64,000 bases of DNA, from assembly GCA_030390025.1 (NCBI GenBank), contig CM059432.1:25856001-25920000 (forward strand). The letters are read 5' to 3'. A model generated the notes under the pieces. That model was not told the DNA's origin and searched no databases. It worked only from the letters and a program-made list of their open reading frames with translations. Below are positions 39,494-52,859 of the stretch, one piece after another; the stretch's first letter is position 1; every line of letters begins with the position of its first letter. Origin of the DNA: Squalus acanthias (taxonomy: Eukaryota). The position numbers and the translations under genes were made by a program.

Positions 39494-40190
39494 GATTGAT
39501 CCCTGGGATGAGAGGGTTGTCCTATGAGGAGAGATTGAGTAGATTGGGTCTATACTCTCTGGAGTTTAGAAGAATGAGAGGTGATCTCATTGAAACATAT
39601 AGAGGGTTAAATTGGGTGCCTTTGCGCATCCCCTTAGCTCCTCCGGGGGGCACTAACGGGGGGCGCAAATGGCTTTGTGACTGGGCGCGGCACTGACATC
39701 GACTCCTGCAATATTCGGCGGGAGTTTTGCAGCGGCACTACGGCGTTGCGCCCCGATCTCCTTCGCCCAGAGATCATGACGTCATCGCTGTGCGTATCGC
39801 CCCGTTAGCGCCCCGGACCCGAAATTGACTTCCGCCCCCTGCAGCAGCGCCGGTCGAAAACACCGACAGCTGCAGGAGGCGTGCATCGGGCGGCCGGCCG
39901 CTTAGGGGGCGATGATTAATGGCGAGGTGGCCGAGATAACTGAAAAAAAAACCTTACCTTCCCTGTTGTAGTGTTTTTCGTGGGTTCCTGCCCGCAATCG
40001 ATCAGCCCGGCACTCTGCTTGAGTGCCGGGCTGATCACGCAGGATCGCGGCTGCCTTGGTGGTCCAGGTAAGTAATTTTTAAATTGCAGAGCCTGCAGCG
40101 ATGGCCCTTCCCTTTAAGGGAGGGAAGGAGCCTTTGAACGCGGCAGCGCTGTACGGCCCAGTGTGTAGCGCTGCTGAAGTCTCCGCCCCA
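39494..40190. mobile_element. Short CR1 fragment (39494-39603) followed by a truncated MITE related to MITE-A
   Basis: IPGMRGLSYEERLSRLGLYSLEFRRMRGDLIE, then GGGTTAAATT and cgatctcc...gatcatgacgtca shared with 828-860. Confidence 0.7.
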
Positions 40191-40699
40191 CAAGTTGTTG
40201 TTGTTGGGATCTGCCTTAGCCAGGACTGGAATTATAGCTTTAATTATAGATTTAATTGTTGTCCAGGGACCAATCACACTCCAGACATTTTTGGGGGGAC
40301 ACTGTTTTCTTCCATAACACCCAAAATCAGGCGGGATTGCAGTGGAAATTGTGGGAAAATGGTGCCATGACGACTACCCCCTCCTCACCATTCTGGCCAG
40401 GGTTTCCTTCCCCCACCTGTTGACATCTGCTTCTTCCCCACCCACCACACACAACTGACAGCTGGAGTTGCGAGGCCTGGGTCTCCAGAAGCTTTTCCTT
40501 CTTTGCGCCCATGTTATCGTCGCTTTCTGGGGGCTATTGTGGGGCAGTGGGCCCTGGGAAATGATGGTAACAGTCCGAGGTGTCCCAATGGAGGAAGAGG
40601 GCAGTGTAGCCACATCCTCTCCTTCCACTGCACCCCAACACTTACTGTTGAAGGACCCGCTCACAGCCAAGGCCTTCAGTGAGACATTGGCCTGGATTT

Positions 40700-42206
40700 T
40701 AGGCCGAAGGAGCGTTCCGTGCAGGGGAGCAGTTTTGAGGTTAGGAAACCCGGAAGAACGGGTTTCCCAAATGTCCTGCAGTTTTTTTTTTTAATTTCTG
40801 TCGATTTCCCAGCCGGATTGACAGGAAGCTTGCAGCGCAAGACCGCAGCTCAGAAGATCAGGTAGGTCTAGCGGTCGGGGGGAGCAAATGGCAGTCAGAG
40901 GGTCCCATAGTAGTCGGGGGTTCCGCTGGTGGTCAGGGAGCAGTTGGTGGTTGGGTAGAGAAGATGGTGGTGGGGGGGTGCAGACAGATCGTGGGGAGGA
41001 GGGGGCGGGGTGGTTACTGGGTAGCTTGTTGGGTCTAGAGGAAACACTCCTCATCCTCCTGGCCCACAAGCAATGCTGGGCAACCCAGCCGACATGAGTT
41101 AAACATAGAATGACTGTTCAAACGATGGCAGGCAGCCTCATTATAATATTTAAATGACCAACTCACCTCCCGCGAGCAGATTGGTCACCCTCCCCTCGTA
41201 CCGCCTCCATTAAAAACGGAAGTGGGTGGGTTCAAGGCAGGTTGGGTTCTTGTTTTAGATTTTTTGGGGGAGAAATTCCGTATCGCCCCATTTGGGGCGC
41301 AATTATCGGCCAGGCGCAAAGATTAGCGCCTGGCGCTAATTATCGCCACCGACTGCAAACTTGACTTTTATCGCCCCTGTAGGTGATTGGAGCGCTAAAT
41401 CAGGCGCTGCACACCTGTCTTAAGGCGCAAATGCCGAGGAGCGAAGCGCTACCTCAGAGCGCTGGCGAAGCTCATGTAATGTCAGTCAGCAATGGAACAA
41501 ACACACAATGGCACGGGCCAGTTCTTAAAGGGGATGGTTAATCTTGCTTTCCATCCACATCCTGCTCATTGCAGCCTTGAATCTCGGCCTGGAGAGACCT
41601 GCACATCAAATCTGCTGGAAAGAACAATGGAGAGTACCAGGCAAAGAGCTCAGAGTGCAGCCCCCACAGTCTCTGCTAAATCGATACAAGGAATGGCAAA
41701 TCAAAATGAACCTGCAAAGTGCTGCTCAGTACCCAAAACTCCTTCACACAACGTTGAATCTCTCCAGAAGTCTCTCCCTCTCTCTCTCAGAATGCGTAGT
41801 TCAAAAATGGCACCAACAATAAAAGGCAGGAAGCGGTCACCTTTAAATAGCGCTCCCCCTTTCCCTTCATGACTGCAGAATGCTCCCCTCAACCTGTCGT
41901 TGCTAGCGTCAGGCAGTAAGGCAGGGGGCACCACTCAATATCCGCTCCGGGGCGATACTGGGGCGTTGCGCACTCGAGTGACGTCATGATCTGCCGGCGC
42001 AGGAGATCGTGGCGGTAGTGTTTAGCGCCGCCGCAAAATGTCTAGTTAATTTCGCGAGCCGCGCCTGGGCGCTAGATGCTTTGCGCCCCATTAGCGCCCT
42101 CTTAAGGCGCTAACGGGAGGCGCAACCAACTGAATTTTTCCCCCTTTATGTTTTAACCTCTGACACGACCCCAACCCACCCATTTTTGGGAGTTAAGATT
42201 CAGCCC
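40700..42206. mobile_element. MITE-B-like element hosting MITE-A copy 2
   Basis: cagcctcattataatatttaaatg and taaaa.cggaagtggg are shared with 48415-48600; the sequence resumes after 42144. Confidence 0.65.
41266..42144. mobile_element. MITE-A copy 2 (inverted relative to 679-1572)
   Basis: GGGGGAGAAATTC...GAATTTTTCCCCC; TSD TTT; near-identical ORF translations to copy 1. Confidence 0.92.
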
Positions 42207-42586
42207 ATTGTTTTTGATCTTCAGGCCGCTTCTGCCCTTTAAAGGTCCCTCACTGGGCCTTCTCATGTTACAGAAATCTCCCCACCGCAGCAGCACCAAG
42301 ATTCTTCTTCTTTACACTGGCGAACTCACTCTTGTCAGCGGGAATCCTGCCAGGCGCGGGGCTGGGTGGATACATAGGGTCGGCCAGAAGTCCTGCCCGA
42401 CCAGAACTCTGTCCCAAAGAGACGCAAAGTAATCTGAAAATGTTGAGTGCTTCTGAGCTGCAGCCTTAAACAGGGAAGTACTTTCCAATTTGAAAAGTTC
42501 CCTGACCAAACAACAATTGAACTTGGGTTTACCTAACAACAATTTAAGGCCTTTTGTGAAATTAAAGAGACACAGGTCCTCTTAAA

Positions 42587-42880
42587 GAAAGATTTATATA
42601 GTGCCTTTCATGAGCACAGGAGGTCCCTAACGCTTCACAATCAATGAAGTACTGTTGTAATGTAGAAAACACAGGAGCCAATAGTGCACAGCAAGCTCCC
42701 ACAAACAGCAATTAAATAAATGACCAGATAATCTGTTTTTGTGATGTTGGTTGAGGGATAAATATTGGCCAGGACATCAGAGAGAACTCCCATGCTCTTC
42801 TTTGAAATAGTGCCATGGGACCATTTATGTCCACCTGAGAGGGCAGACGGGGCCTCAGTTTAACGTCTCATGGAAAGACA
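42587..42880 (-). mobile_element. DeuSINE-like SINE, 3' part
   Basis: Matches 23742-24070. Other partial copies at ~21420-21760, 30310-30425 and 51056-51230. Confidence 0.75.
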
Positions 42881-43664
42881 TTGTTCATTATATCCGTACA
42901 ACACTCCTAATCTTATAAAACAGCCTTTTACCCAATATACCATGAGTAATGTCAAAGGAGAATCTCCAATAATTTGTTATACATTGATTAATTTGTTCAT
43001 TTGATTAATCAATTTGGTGAAATAGTCTATTTACTTACAAAGTATCAGAATAAAATCATTTCCATACTTTTGGTGTGTTTTTTATTTTGTTTTTGGGGGG
43101 GTGGTGGGGGCGGGGGGGGAAGTCCACCCAAAGGCAAAAAAGGGAAAGCATCCAGGAAGTACAAGGGAAACTTGAGGTCTAAGAAGATTGCAAACCACAT
43201 GTTTTTCCTCTCTTCTGTGCATATTACATACAGCAGTGGATACCCATTGATGTGTTACAGAGGAGAACACAGTATGGAGCCTAAAGCCAATGAGGGACTA
43301 ACGCGCCACTCAGTGCTATATCTCCAAACATCTGTTACTTTAGTTAATATATGTAGCATGTCAGATTTGATGGTTAGCCTGAGCTACAGTGTTTGGACAG
43401 ATTAATGTAATAAGAAGGCCACACAGGTGAACAGATGGCAACAAAAAAGACTGATTCAGTGACGTCAGAAAATAAATACGACAGGCTTGCCCTTGTGTCC
43501 TGTTAAGATAGCTTCTCACAAGTTCAGGAGAGTATAGAATGCTCCATATCATTTTCAGTGACAGTGTAAGCAGCAGTCTTTTATTGACAAACTTGGGTAA
43601 AAGGCCAAGGCTCAGAGTGCAGGACACCACCAAGGCTGACTGAGGAGGATAGGAGACAACATTT

Positions 43665-44130
43665 GTCAGCTGTGGCTCAGTTGGTAGCGCTCATGCCATT
43701 AAGTCAGAAGGTTGTGGGTTCAAGTCCCACTCCAGAGACTTGAGCACAAAAATCCAGGCTGACACTCCATTGCAGTACTGTGTGAGCGCTGCACTGTTGA
43801 AGGTATCGTCTTTTCGGATGTGACGTTAAACTGAGGCCCTGTCTGCTCTCTCAGGTGGACGTAAAAGATCCCATGGCACTATTTCGAAGAAGAGCAGGGG
43901 AGTTAGCCCTGGTGTCCTGACCAATATTTATTCCTCAATCACCATCACAAAAAAACAGATTATCTGGTAATTTTTGCATTGCTGTTTGTGGGAGCTTGCT
44001 GTGTGCAAATTAGCTGCTGCGTTTCCTACATTACAACAGTGACTATGCTTCAAAAAGTACTTCATTTGCTGTAAAGCGCTTTGGGATGTCCTGAGGTCAT
44101 GAAAGGAGCTACAAAAATGCATCTTTCTTT
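43665..44130 (+). mobile_element. Full-length SacSINE1/DeuSINE-like SINE
   Basis: A box TGGCTCAGTTGG, B box GGTTCAAGTCC, Deu-like core (ttgctgtttgtgggagcttgctgtg.gcaaatt), tail ending in (tctt)n. Confidence 0.85.
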
Positions 44131-44142
44131 GTTTCTATGGTG

Positions 44143-44780
44143 TTGATCTTTGACTTCCACCCAAAATGAGCGTGAAGCGGGCATCGGGAAGCCTGAATCA
44201 TTTTCAGTTCAAGCCTCAGTTGACTGCTGAGGATGAGAAACCAGCCAGCTCCCACACTGCCAGCCTGGCAGGTCGGGTCTGGGGAAGTGGGGGGTGTGGT
44301 GGGGGAGGGGGGGGGGGAGTGGGAGGAAGGGAGTCGCACGGGCTGGCAGCAGGCCAGAATTGTTTTGTGGGCCTAGTAGGAGCCCTCCTGGTCTTCCTGG
44401 CCCCACAGTAATAAAAAGTAAAGATTTCCTGGGCCTTTTTATGAGCGGCCTCCAGGAGTCTTTTTAATAACCAGTGGTTAGTCCGCTCACCAGCCAGTAC
44501 AAATGGGCAGAGCATGTACGGTGTACCCTCCGCCTATTTGAAACTGAAATTTTAACCGGGGTTCTAAGACCAGCGTGGAAATCTGATTTACATATTTAAG
44601 CGGCCTCCTGTCAAAAACCGGCGAGCGGGTTGCTTGCCCATTTACAGGCCGGCCTAAAAATTGCATCAAGCGGGCCTTGGGCGTCAATGGGCGGCCGAAA
44701 CCACCCCCCCTCCCCCGAATTTCAATGACTAGTTTCCCATTTTTCAGGCGAGAAGTGGCAATTGAAAATCATTTCCCCCC
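44143..44780. mobile_element. Harbinger-type MITE (degenerate ends)
   Basis: ttgatctttgacttccac.cc...ggcgagaagtggcaattgaaaatc inverted similarity; GC-rich interior with ctcctgg.cccaca motif shared with 28120 and 41055. Confidence 0.55.
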
Positions 44781-47000
44781 CACCCCCCCCACCCCCTGCA
44801 ACCCGCCATAATAAGTCAAGTAGGCAAGCTTACATTTAAAAACCTGTAGATTATAGAAGGAAAGGAAGAGAGAGGGAGGTAAGGGGTTCTAGAGTCTTAG
44901 GTTCTGGGAAAAAATGAGTTGGAGGATGTGGAGAATAGGAAAAGAACATATCTGGAGCCTAGGAGGACAACAGAGAGGTAGGTTCAAGAAGTAATTACCA
45001 CAGAAGTGTTGATTTTAGAAAGGGGTAAGAGTTCCACAGTTTTGAGGTGCTTTACTAATAGGAAACATTTTATGTGTTAGTTTGGATGGTCCAGTGTAAT
45101 GTTGGCTAGCACATATGGTATAGAACCTGAATGAAGGAGCTTAAGATGCTGGTGGCAACCTTGCTATGTTTTTGTCCTTCCTAAAAGTGAAATCACTCCC
45201 TGGGCATATAAATGGGTGACTTTTGCCACGAAATTACAAACACTGCCAGCCAGAAGAAAGTGGGAGGTTAGCTCATGGTGCCATGTTGTGACTCAGCTAC
45301 CAGTTCTAATGCAGAGTCTATCAGTTTATATGCGTGAATGATATCAAACTCAACCTTCTTAAGGTCCAGTGGAGTTACAATGTATGACACATGACCAAAA
45401 TGTGTCGCACGTGCTTTTGATGATATGCGATAACAAAATTCAAATAAAGCTTTCACGTTTTTGCTCAAGGTTATTGGTGAATTGCAGGCACAGAGAACAA
45501 AAAAACACTGAAAGGTCCTTCATAAATAACCTAATGAGGATTTAACTCTGAAATCAGCATCGGTAACTAGTGTGTTAGGGTAATCAAACACAGTTGATGA
45601 AAACAGCATGGAACATCCAGCAGGGATCACTTTAAGAATGTTATAGCATTTATGGAGATATCTATTTTCACAAGTAGGGTTTGTGATGCATGAAAAAGTT
45701 GTTCTGCTGGAGCCAGGCATAGGATTCCATTGCGGAACAAATTACGATGACATTGTAAGAAAATATCATGGTAGGTGAGGGGGGCAAATAAGGTAATCCA
45801 GGAACTGATCCTAACTGTGTTACTGAAAATTCAAATAGAGGCTCTGTATTCTAAATGTTGGTTCCTTAAAGACCATTCTGCTCCCTTTCCCAAAGGCCGA
45901 GTTGTACCGTTCTACTACCAATGCTCAGGAAATTAAAGAAAAATTGAACACTTGCCAGGAATGTTTTCCATGAGAACTGACATACAGTATAAAATCAGAT
46001 TAGTATCGAATATAGCAGTGCAATTGTAACAATGTCCTTGCTGTAATATACTTTCTCTGAAGATAAATCATCCTTACAGTATTGTAGCGACTGTAGAAGG
46101 GAATCACACGCCATGTCTCGGTCAACTCTCAAGTATTTCTGTTAAGCAACCAAATTTGAATACATAAGAACTTAATAAAGAATAAATTGAATAATAAAAA
46201 AGGGGCATTTGGCCCATCAACTCCACAGATATATGCAGTCTACCCTATCATGAACTCTTATCCCACTTATTTAATCTATGAAGAGAACGTTTTACAAAAG
46301 TACTCCCTGATTTGTAACAGTAGTCAAACAAGTCTTCAGAATCTCTCTCCAACCCCACGTCTCCACCATTCAATCTTGGCTGCTAGTTTTCCACTATTTT
46401 TGGGGACCCAGCAGCAGATCATCTTTCTTAGAAATGTAGGAAAGTGCCAGACCATGGCCCCAAATTTCCTCGTCTTTCTCGGTGCAACAACACGTAATGC
46501 CAATCTTCAGTGCAATAGATCAAGGAAATTCACACATAACACTGATTTTTATGCTATCCCTGTGTTTCCTCAATTTTTTGCACCGATTCAGTGAAATCTC
46601 CATCAAAAGCCTCCACCATTCATTAACATAGCTCCATTCCCATGCAGAAGACCAGAGAATGCGAGTTTCCTGCATTTATGCCAGTTCTGATCGGGCTGTA
46701 AATTTACACCTAATAAATCTGTCTTTTTTTTTTAGATGTCAACCCCATCTATCCTAACTTCTCACCATATTCTTCATTTACTTCTCATTCTAAGAAGCAT
46801 CTTGACCAATTTATAGCATTCTCCTTATCAACCAACTGTAGCCTCCCCATGCTCCTAGGGTAGAAGCAACTGGTTAAACACGCACCAGGGATTTAATATA
46901 CAGCCTTTCTCATCTGTTTGACTCAGTTCCATAATACTGCTGGCGTGTCTTTAGGGCTGAAGACTTTCCAATATATGGAATTCTTCCTAACAGTATTTAT

Positions 47001-48601
47001 GACCTGAATTTTAATGGGGAGGGCTCGGAAGCAGTCGGGAAACCCGGGAGAAGGGGTTCTCCGCAGGCCCTGCCGAATTTAATGGCAGGGCCTGATTTGC
47101 AAGGGAAACCTCTGTTTCCCACCCGCAGCCAGCCAGATTGAGATGCTGGCTGGCTGTGGGCAGGAAGGCCTGTGGCACTAGGTCACAGAGAGGAGAGAGG
47201 GAGGGATCACGTGGGAGCCGGGGGGCGGCCAGAGAAGCTCGGGGGGTGGGGTGGGTGTCTGAAATGATCGGGGGGCAGCAAGGGGGGAGTGCAGTCAAGT
47301 GATGATCGGGGGCCAGGAGTAGCATGGGAGGGGTAGTGGGATCAGGATCGGGGGCCAGGAGCAGCACGGGGTGGGGGCAGGAATGATCGGCGGCCAGAGG
47401 AGCAGGGGGGCGGGTGTCATGAATGGTCAGCGGATGGAGGAGCGGGGGGGTGGGAGGGAATATTAGGGAATGATCAGTGGCCAGAGGAGCACAGGGATGA
47501 CAGGGGAGGGGGGTTGCTGATTACAATCAGGGGGCAGAGCAACAGATCGGGGGCCGGAGGAGAAGGGGTGAGGTTCGGAGAATCATCAGAGGGGCAGGAG
47601 GAGCATGGGAGGCCAGGAGGAGCAGGGTTGGGGGAGGAGGAACTGTGGGGGAGGCAGACGACATCAGAGGGCCAGAGAAGCATGGGGGGCGGGAGGCCTC
47701 GTGGGGGGGATCAGAGGCCTGGGGAGGGGATTGGAGGCCTGGGGAGGGGATCGGAGGCCTGAGGAGGGGGATCAAAGAAAAATAGAAACATAGAAACTAG
47801 GAGCAGGCCATTCGGCCCGTCGAGCCTGCTCCACCATTCAATACGATCATGGCTGATCATCCAAATCCAGTACCCTGTCCCTGCTTTCTCACACCGAATC
47901 CCCACATCGAGCCTGCACCTATCCCACCCTATCCCCGTAACCCCACGTATTTAATTCCCCCTAACATATCCCATCCTATCCCCATAACCCCACATATTTA
48001 ATCCCCCCCTAACACTAAGGGTCAATTTATCATAGCCAAATCAACCTAACCCGCACATTTTTGGACTGTGGGAGGAAACCGGAGCACCCGGAGGAAACCC
48101 ACGCAGACACGGGGAGAATGTGCAAACTCCACACAGACAGTCACCCGAGGTCAGATTCGAACCCGGGTCCCTGGCGCTGTGAGGCACCAGTGCTAACCAC
48201 TATGCCACCGTGTTGCCCTTGTGTGGGGGGGGGGGGGGCTCCGATCACAGGGAGTTGGTTAGGTAGGGACGCTGGATCCAGGAGATACGTGTAAAGGCAC
48301 TTACCTCTTGGTTCCAGCTGTCCTCACCTTCCATTAGCTGCCGGGTTTCACGAGGCCTGCAAAACCCAACCAGCTAAACTTAAATTCCAAATGGAGGTTA
48401 AGTCAGAGGCTTCCAGCCTCATTATAATATTTAAATGGGCGGCCTGTCTTGGCAGCGGGTTTCCTGCCCGCTCCGTCCCGCCGCCATTAAAACCGGAAGT
48501 GGGCGGGTTGGAGGCGGGATCTCATCGGGATTCAGATTTTTAACACTTTAACCTCCCACCCGACACCAACCCACCTGTTTTTTTAGGTTAAAATTCCCCC
48601 C
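47001..48601. mobile_element. MITE-B copy with G-rich interior, interrupted by a SINE
   Basis: GACCTGAATTTTAA...TTAAAATTCCCCCC; TSD TAT; shares the CAGCCAGCCAG..CTGGCTGGCTG hairpin with 3677-3707. Confidence 0.8.
47780..48218 (-). mobile_element. HE1/V-SINE-like SINE, copy 2
   Basis: Near-identical to 12208-12624, with a complete 5' end (GGGCAACACGGTGGC). Confidence 0.88.
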
Positions 48602-49710
48602 TATATCTCTGAAAATGTTGTTCCCAGGAAGGAAGAAAGTAGTATCAAAAGCCAAGAAATGCAATTGTCAACAATATGGCCACTGATACTCAGCACCTAG
48701 CTAATTGAAATCCATCTTTAACTGTAGAAATTTCACACGTATCTAATGAATATTTCACTGCAGCAATATGACTTCATCCAGTAGTCTTGTTATTTAAGGA
48801 GTGAAAAGCTTGAGGCTACAGAACTCTCAAACGTCTTGTTTCTTCTCTGAAGCCTGAAACTCCATCGCAGCACTAACATAATCACGTCTCTTATTTACTC
48901 AATAAATTATGTTTATTACATTAATATTGAATATGTTCTATTATTAATCCTGTTCCTGCTGCTGAAACCCTTCAGATCTCCTTCACATCAACAGTAATTA
49001 ACACTTGGACTCGGCTTCCAAGTAGTGTACTGGAGACAAAAACCTTGGAACCATTTACGAAACAGTTTGTTGCGGGATTGGCTCTTTCTGGATGGGTGAT
49101 CTAAGATGGACTGAATGGGCTTCATCATCTGTGTCCATCTTGTGATGTTGTGAACAGCCATCGTGACCACTCAGACAGGGGGCCTTCACTGGGACATTGG
49201 ATTGTTTTGACTGGCACTCAGAGCTGTCAAAACTGGGTAAATATTAGGAATGATATTTATGATCAGCAAGAATAACACAGATTATGAACCCATTTAAAGG
49301 CTGTGTTTATTATTAGGAGTGACACACATCAAAGTAAGGGACATTTTAAACCATAAAAAGCAACTGGCGCTGCCAGCGCATGACACTTGATTCTCGGGAA
49401 TTTGCTGCTTTTCCCTGTTGTGTTAAAAAGTCACCAAATTAATTTGTTGAAGTGAGATTTAGCCATTTCTTGCATGATGAGCAAAAGAAAAAAAAATCGT
49501 ACATGCCAGAAATCTGAAATTAAAAACAGAAAATACAGCTGAGAGACAGAAAGAAAGAGAACGAAAAAGTGTCGAGTGGGACCCGACATCAAAACTGACT
49601 TTCCATCTCTTTCAAATGCTGACTGATATGTTCTGCCTTTCTAGAATTTTCCACTTTTCCTTTCTTGATCAAACCAGATTCCTCCAACTCCCATTTATGC
49701 TGCTCTCCAT

Positions 49711-49916
49711 GGGGTATAACTTTTCCTTGGGCGGTTGCTCAGAACAGGCGATAGCGAATCGGCAGTCTGTTTGCACTCCCCCCCCCCCCCCCACCCCCTC
49801 CCCCGATTTGCTTTTCCACTGACATCAATGGCAAAAGAAATCAGGCGGAGTGTAAAACAGGCTGCCGATTCGCTGCCGACCAGTTTGCACTGCCGCCCAA
49901 GACGGGTTTAGAGCCC
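49711..49916. mobile_element. Small foldback MITE with ~65-bp imperfect TIRs
   Basis: cttgggcgg...agcgaatcggcagtctgtttgcactcc pairs with ggagtgtaaaacaggctgccgattcgct...ccgcccaag. Confidence 0.75.
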
Positions 49917-51732
49917 TTTAACTCTCATTCTGTCCCTTGGAATGTTCTAGGTTGTCGGGACATACCCACCGCCTTTTCTCTTTCTAATTGCTTTCCAATT
50001 TCCTTCAGCTTGATGATGACTTTCGGCTCAGTAATCTGTCAGAAGCTTGCAACCACCACAATTAACAGATGGTGTTTCACTGCCAGGGCTTTGCGCCAAG
50101 GCCTCTGTTGGATCTGTTAAGCCAGTTTTCTTTACTGGTAATCAAAACCAGAGTTCAGGCATTCTTTGGTTCCCCAGTTACAGTTTGAATGCCCAACACT
50201 TTTGCCGAAGCTTTATTTAAATTAAAATGCGGCAGAACTCAACCCGGAATTTCTTAAAGAGCTTTCCATACAGTTTATTGTTCAATAGAGACATTGAAAA
50301 TAGGTTGCACACCATTTATTACGGATTTATGAAAAAAAACCACGACAAAGTTTAATGATGAAAAGGATTCAATGGTGACATTTTACCTCTTGAGAAGTGT
50401 CAAATGATGGGGAGAGTTTGATTATTTGCCCTGTGACCACTAGGTACTGGCTTTAATCCAAGTTCACGTCACTTTGGATCCCATAGTTGAAAGAGAGAGA
50501 AAAGAGTGTTTTGTCCCACCAGTTAGATTTAAAACCAGGGCACAGAGATTAAAAACAGGCCCATCATTTAATGGAATTTTACAAAACCAAAATAGATGGA
50601 ACTGATCTTCCGCTGTCAACAGATTTAGTAAATCTTATTTGTAAAGCATCTGAGGCATTATTATTATAACGACTTTATTTTTTCCTCTTGGACTCTTTGA
50701 ATCCAAGATTTGACTCTTGAAAATTGGCAAAAGAAGCTGAATAGACTCCTATATTTAGAACCTTAGATAGAACAGTGTGGAAACATTGACATAATTCAAA
50801 CCGTCACCATGTCACAGCAATACAATTCTACTTGATGTTTTGTTATCATCCTGGGCTGCCTATTGGATCAAGCGTTTGGTGTGGTGTCAGATGAGATTCA
50901 GAGAGCACAATATGAGGATTATGTAAAACAGGCTTCATTTTAGTTAATGGTACCATACAAGTCACTCAAACGACAGATCAAAAAGTATACTTCTCTTGCC
51001 GAATGACCCAGGTTATTAAGTTAGTTGGGGTGATCTGATCTGCAGAAAAAAAAAGATTTGCATTTATATAGAGCCTTTTATGACCTCAGGATGTCCCAAA
51101 GCACTTTACAGCCAATGAAGTACTTCTGAAGTGTAGTCACTATTGTAATGTAGGAAACGCGGCAGCCAATTTGCGCACAGCAAGGCTTCACAAACAGCAA
51201 TGAAATAATTGACCAGATTATCTGTTTTATCTACACAGGCCAGAAAGGTTCCAGGTTCAGTCCCTAGTCTCTTGCTTGTTTAGATGACTTCAGTGTTTCC
51301 AGGCTATAGAGAAGAAGATGAGCCTAGGTTGCTACTTCTGATCACTATCCAGACACCTGCTGGAAAGTAGATATGTGTAGACATCGGGTGAGTACAGATC
51401 AAGCGTGGCTGTGATGCTCCTCTGGCTGATCATCCTGTCGTACACTTACTGCTCAGATTCACACATAAAGGTTGTCAACTTGGAAGTGAGCACTCCTGCT
51501 CCTCCTGACCCAGAAGGAGTTCTGACAGAAGTCATTTTTACAACTGGCCTCTTCTGGTCAGTCGGCACCTCCCGCCTTGATTCTGCTATCGGACTGCAGA
51601 CAGTGCGGGACTCTCCCTGACCTTCAGTTAAGATCAAGGCATGAAGCCGATGACATCATCGAGCAGCGACTTTTGAATGTAAAGTAAGGTCCTGCCTGCT
51701 TAAGCGATAACCTCTGCCAACTTAAAAGTCAG

Positions 51733-52480
51733 AAGTCGCACAACACCAGGTTATAGTCCAACAGTTTTATTTAAAATTACAAGCTTTCGGAGCTCTGCTC
51801 CTTCTTCAGGTACAGGTACAGTGAGGGGATACAAATCGATTACACAGTATATATATACAGAGAACAATGTGTCTGCAGAGATACAATCTGTTAGGGAGGC
51901 ATTACATCAAAGACACATCAGAGTACAGCTAAGACAATGAGGTGGGTCACATGTCAAATGCTGCCGTCTGCAGTTAAGCTTTTAACTTTTTTTTTAAACT
52001 GGAAAAACAGACAACGATGTCGAGTCACGTTCTGTAGCGTGACATGAACCCAAGATCCCTGTTGAGGCCGTCCTCATGGGTGCGGAACTTGGCTATCAGT
52101 TTCTGCTCGATGATTTTGCGTTGTCGTGTTTCTCAAAGGCCGCCTTGGAGAACGCTAACCCGCAGATCCGAGGCTGAATGTCCTTGACTGCTGAAGTGTT
52201 CCCCGACTGGGAGGTAACAATCCTGCCTGGCGATTGTTGTGCGGTGTCCGTTCATACGTTGTCTCAGTGTCTGCATGGTCTCGCTGATGTACCATGCTCT
52301 GGGGCATCCTTTCCTGCAACGTATGAGGTAGACAACGTTGGCCGAGTCACATGAGTATGTACCATGTACCTGGTGGGTAGTGTCCTCACGTGTGATGATG
52401 GTATCTGTGTTGCTGATCTGGCATGTCTTGCAGAGGTTGCCATGGCAGGGTTGTGTGGTGTCGTGGTCGCTGTTCTCCTG
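51733..52480 (-). mobile_element. 5'-truncated Penelope-like element (GIY-YIG endonuclease plus tail)
   Basis: Minus translation PCHGNLCKTC...CDSANVVYLIRC..AWYISET.QTLRQRMNGHR...EQKLIAKF...GLN; 13-bp TSD ACTTAAAAGTCAG (51720-51732 and 52481-52493). Confidence 0.9.
51776..51815 (-). ncRNA. Minimal hammerhead ribozyme core in the Penelope tail
   Basis: CTGAAGA-A-GGAGC-AGA-GCTCC-GAAA-GCTTGT: conserved core boxes flanking a perfect 5-bp stem II. Confidence 0.7.
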
Positions 52481-52566
52481 ACTTAAAAGTCAGCAGTGAT
52501 AAGGGGGTGCCGGGCTGGAATGGAGCAACCTCAGGCCGGTAAGTTGACCCCTCCCATGCACCATTC

Positions 52567-52686
52567 TGTAATAGAGCCACCTGGTGGACTACTGATGTAT
52601 ATAATAATAAAGCCATATGCAGTACAGTTCTTACCAGAAGTCATGTTGTGCTGTTTTATATATATGCTGTGTCTCAAGATATCACA
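52567..52686 (+). repeat. 5' LTR (120 bp)
   Basis: TGTAATAGAGCCACC...GATATCACA, a direct repeat of 58281-58387. Confidence 0.95.
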
Positions 52687-52690
52687 GAAT

Positions 52691-52709
52691 TGGCAATGAG
52701 GATGCGATT
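52691..52709 (+). promoter_or_regulatory. Primer binding site, tRNA-Ser(GCU)-like
   Basis: TGGCAATGAGGATGCGATT compared with TGGCGACGAGGATGGGATT, the recalled complement of the vertebrate tRNA-Ser GCU 3' end; two of three mismatches are CpG-type. Confidence 0.7.
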
Positions 52710-52859
52710 GCGGATTCCCTGGCTGAAATTTTTGTTGGAGGATAATCCTGCCAACCGACGGAGAGACTGTTAGAGGTTCTTCATTTTGCAGAAAAACTTA
52801 AAAATCCGAGGTAAATTTCAAGCACACGTGGCTGAACTGTTGACATTGCCAGAGTCTTG

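Noticed and set aside
43670..43735. tRNA gene
   Set aside because: A/B boxes are a SINE head that continues into SINE body; no full cloverleaf.
45268..45720. Short minus-strand ORFs as host exons
   Set aside because: Weak resemblance to decayed LINE RT C-terminus (cf. RGDLIETYKI); no splice support.
50009..50140. Exon after a polypyrimidine tract plus CAG at ~49975-50008
   Set aside because: All frames hit stops quickly and no recognisable protein results; a non-coding exon cannot be excluded.
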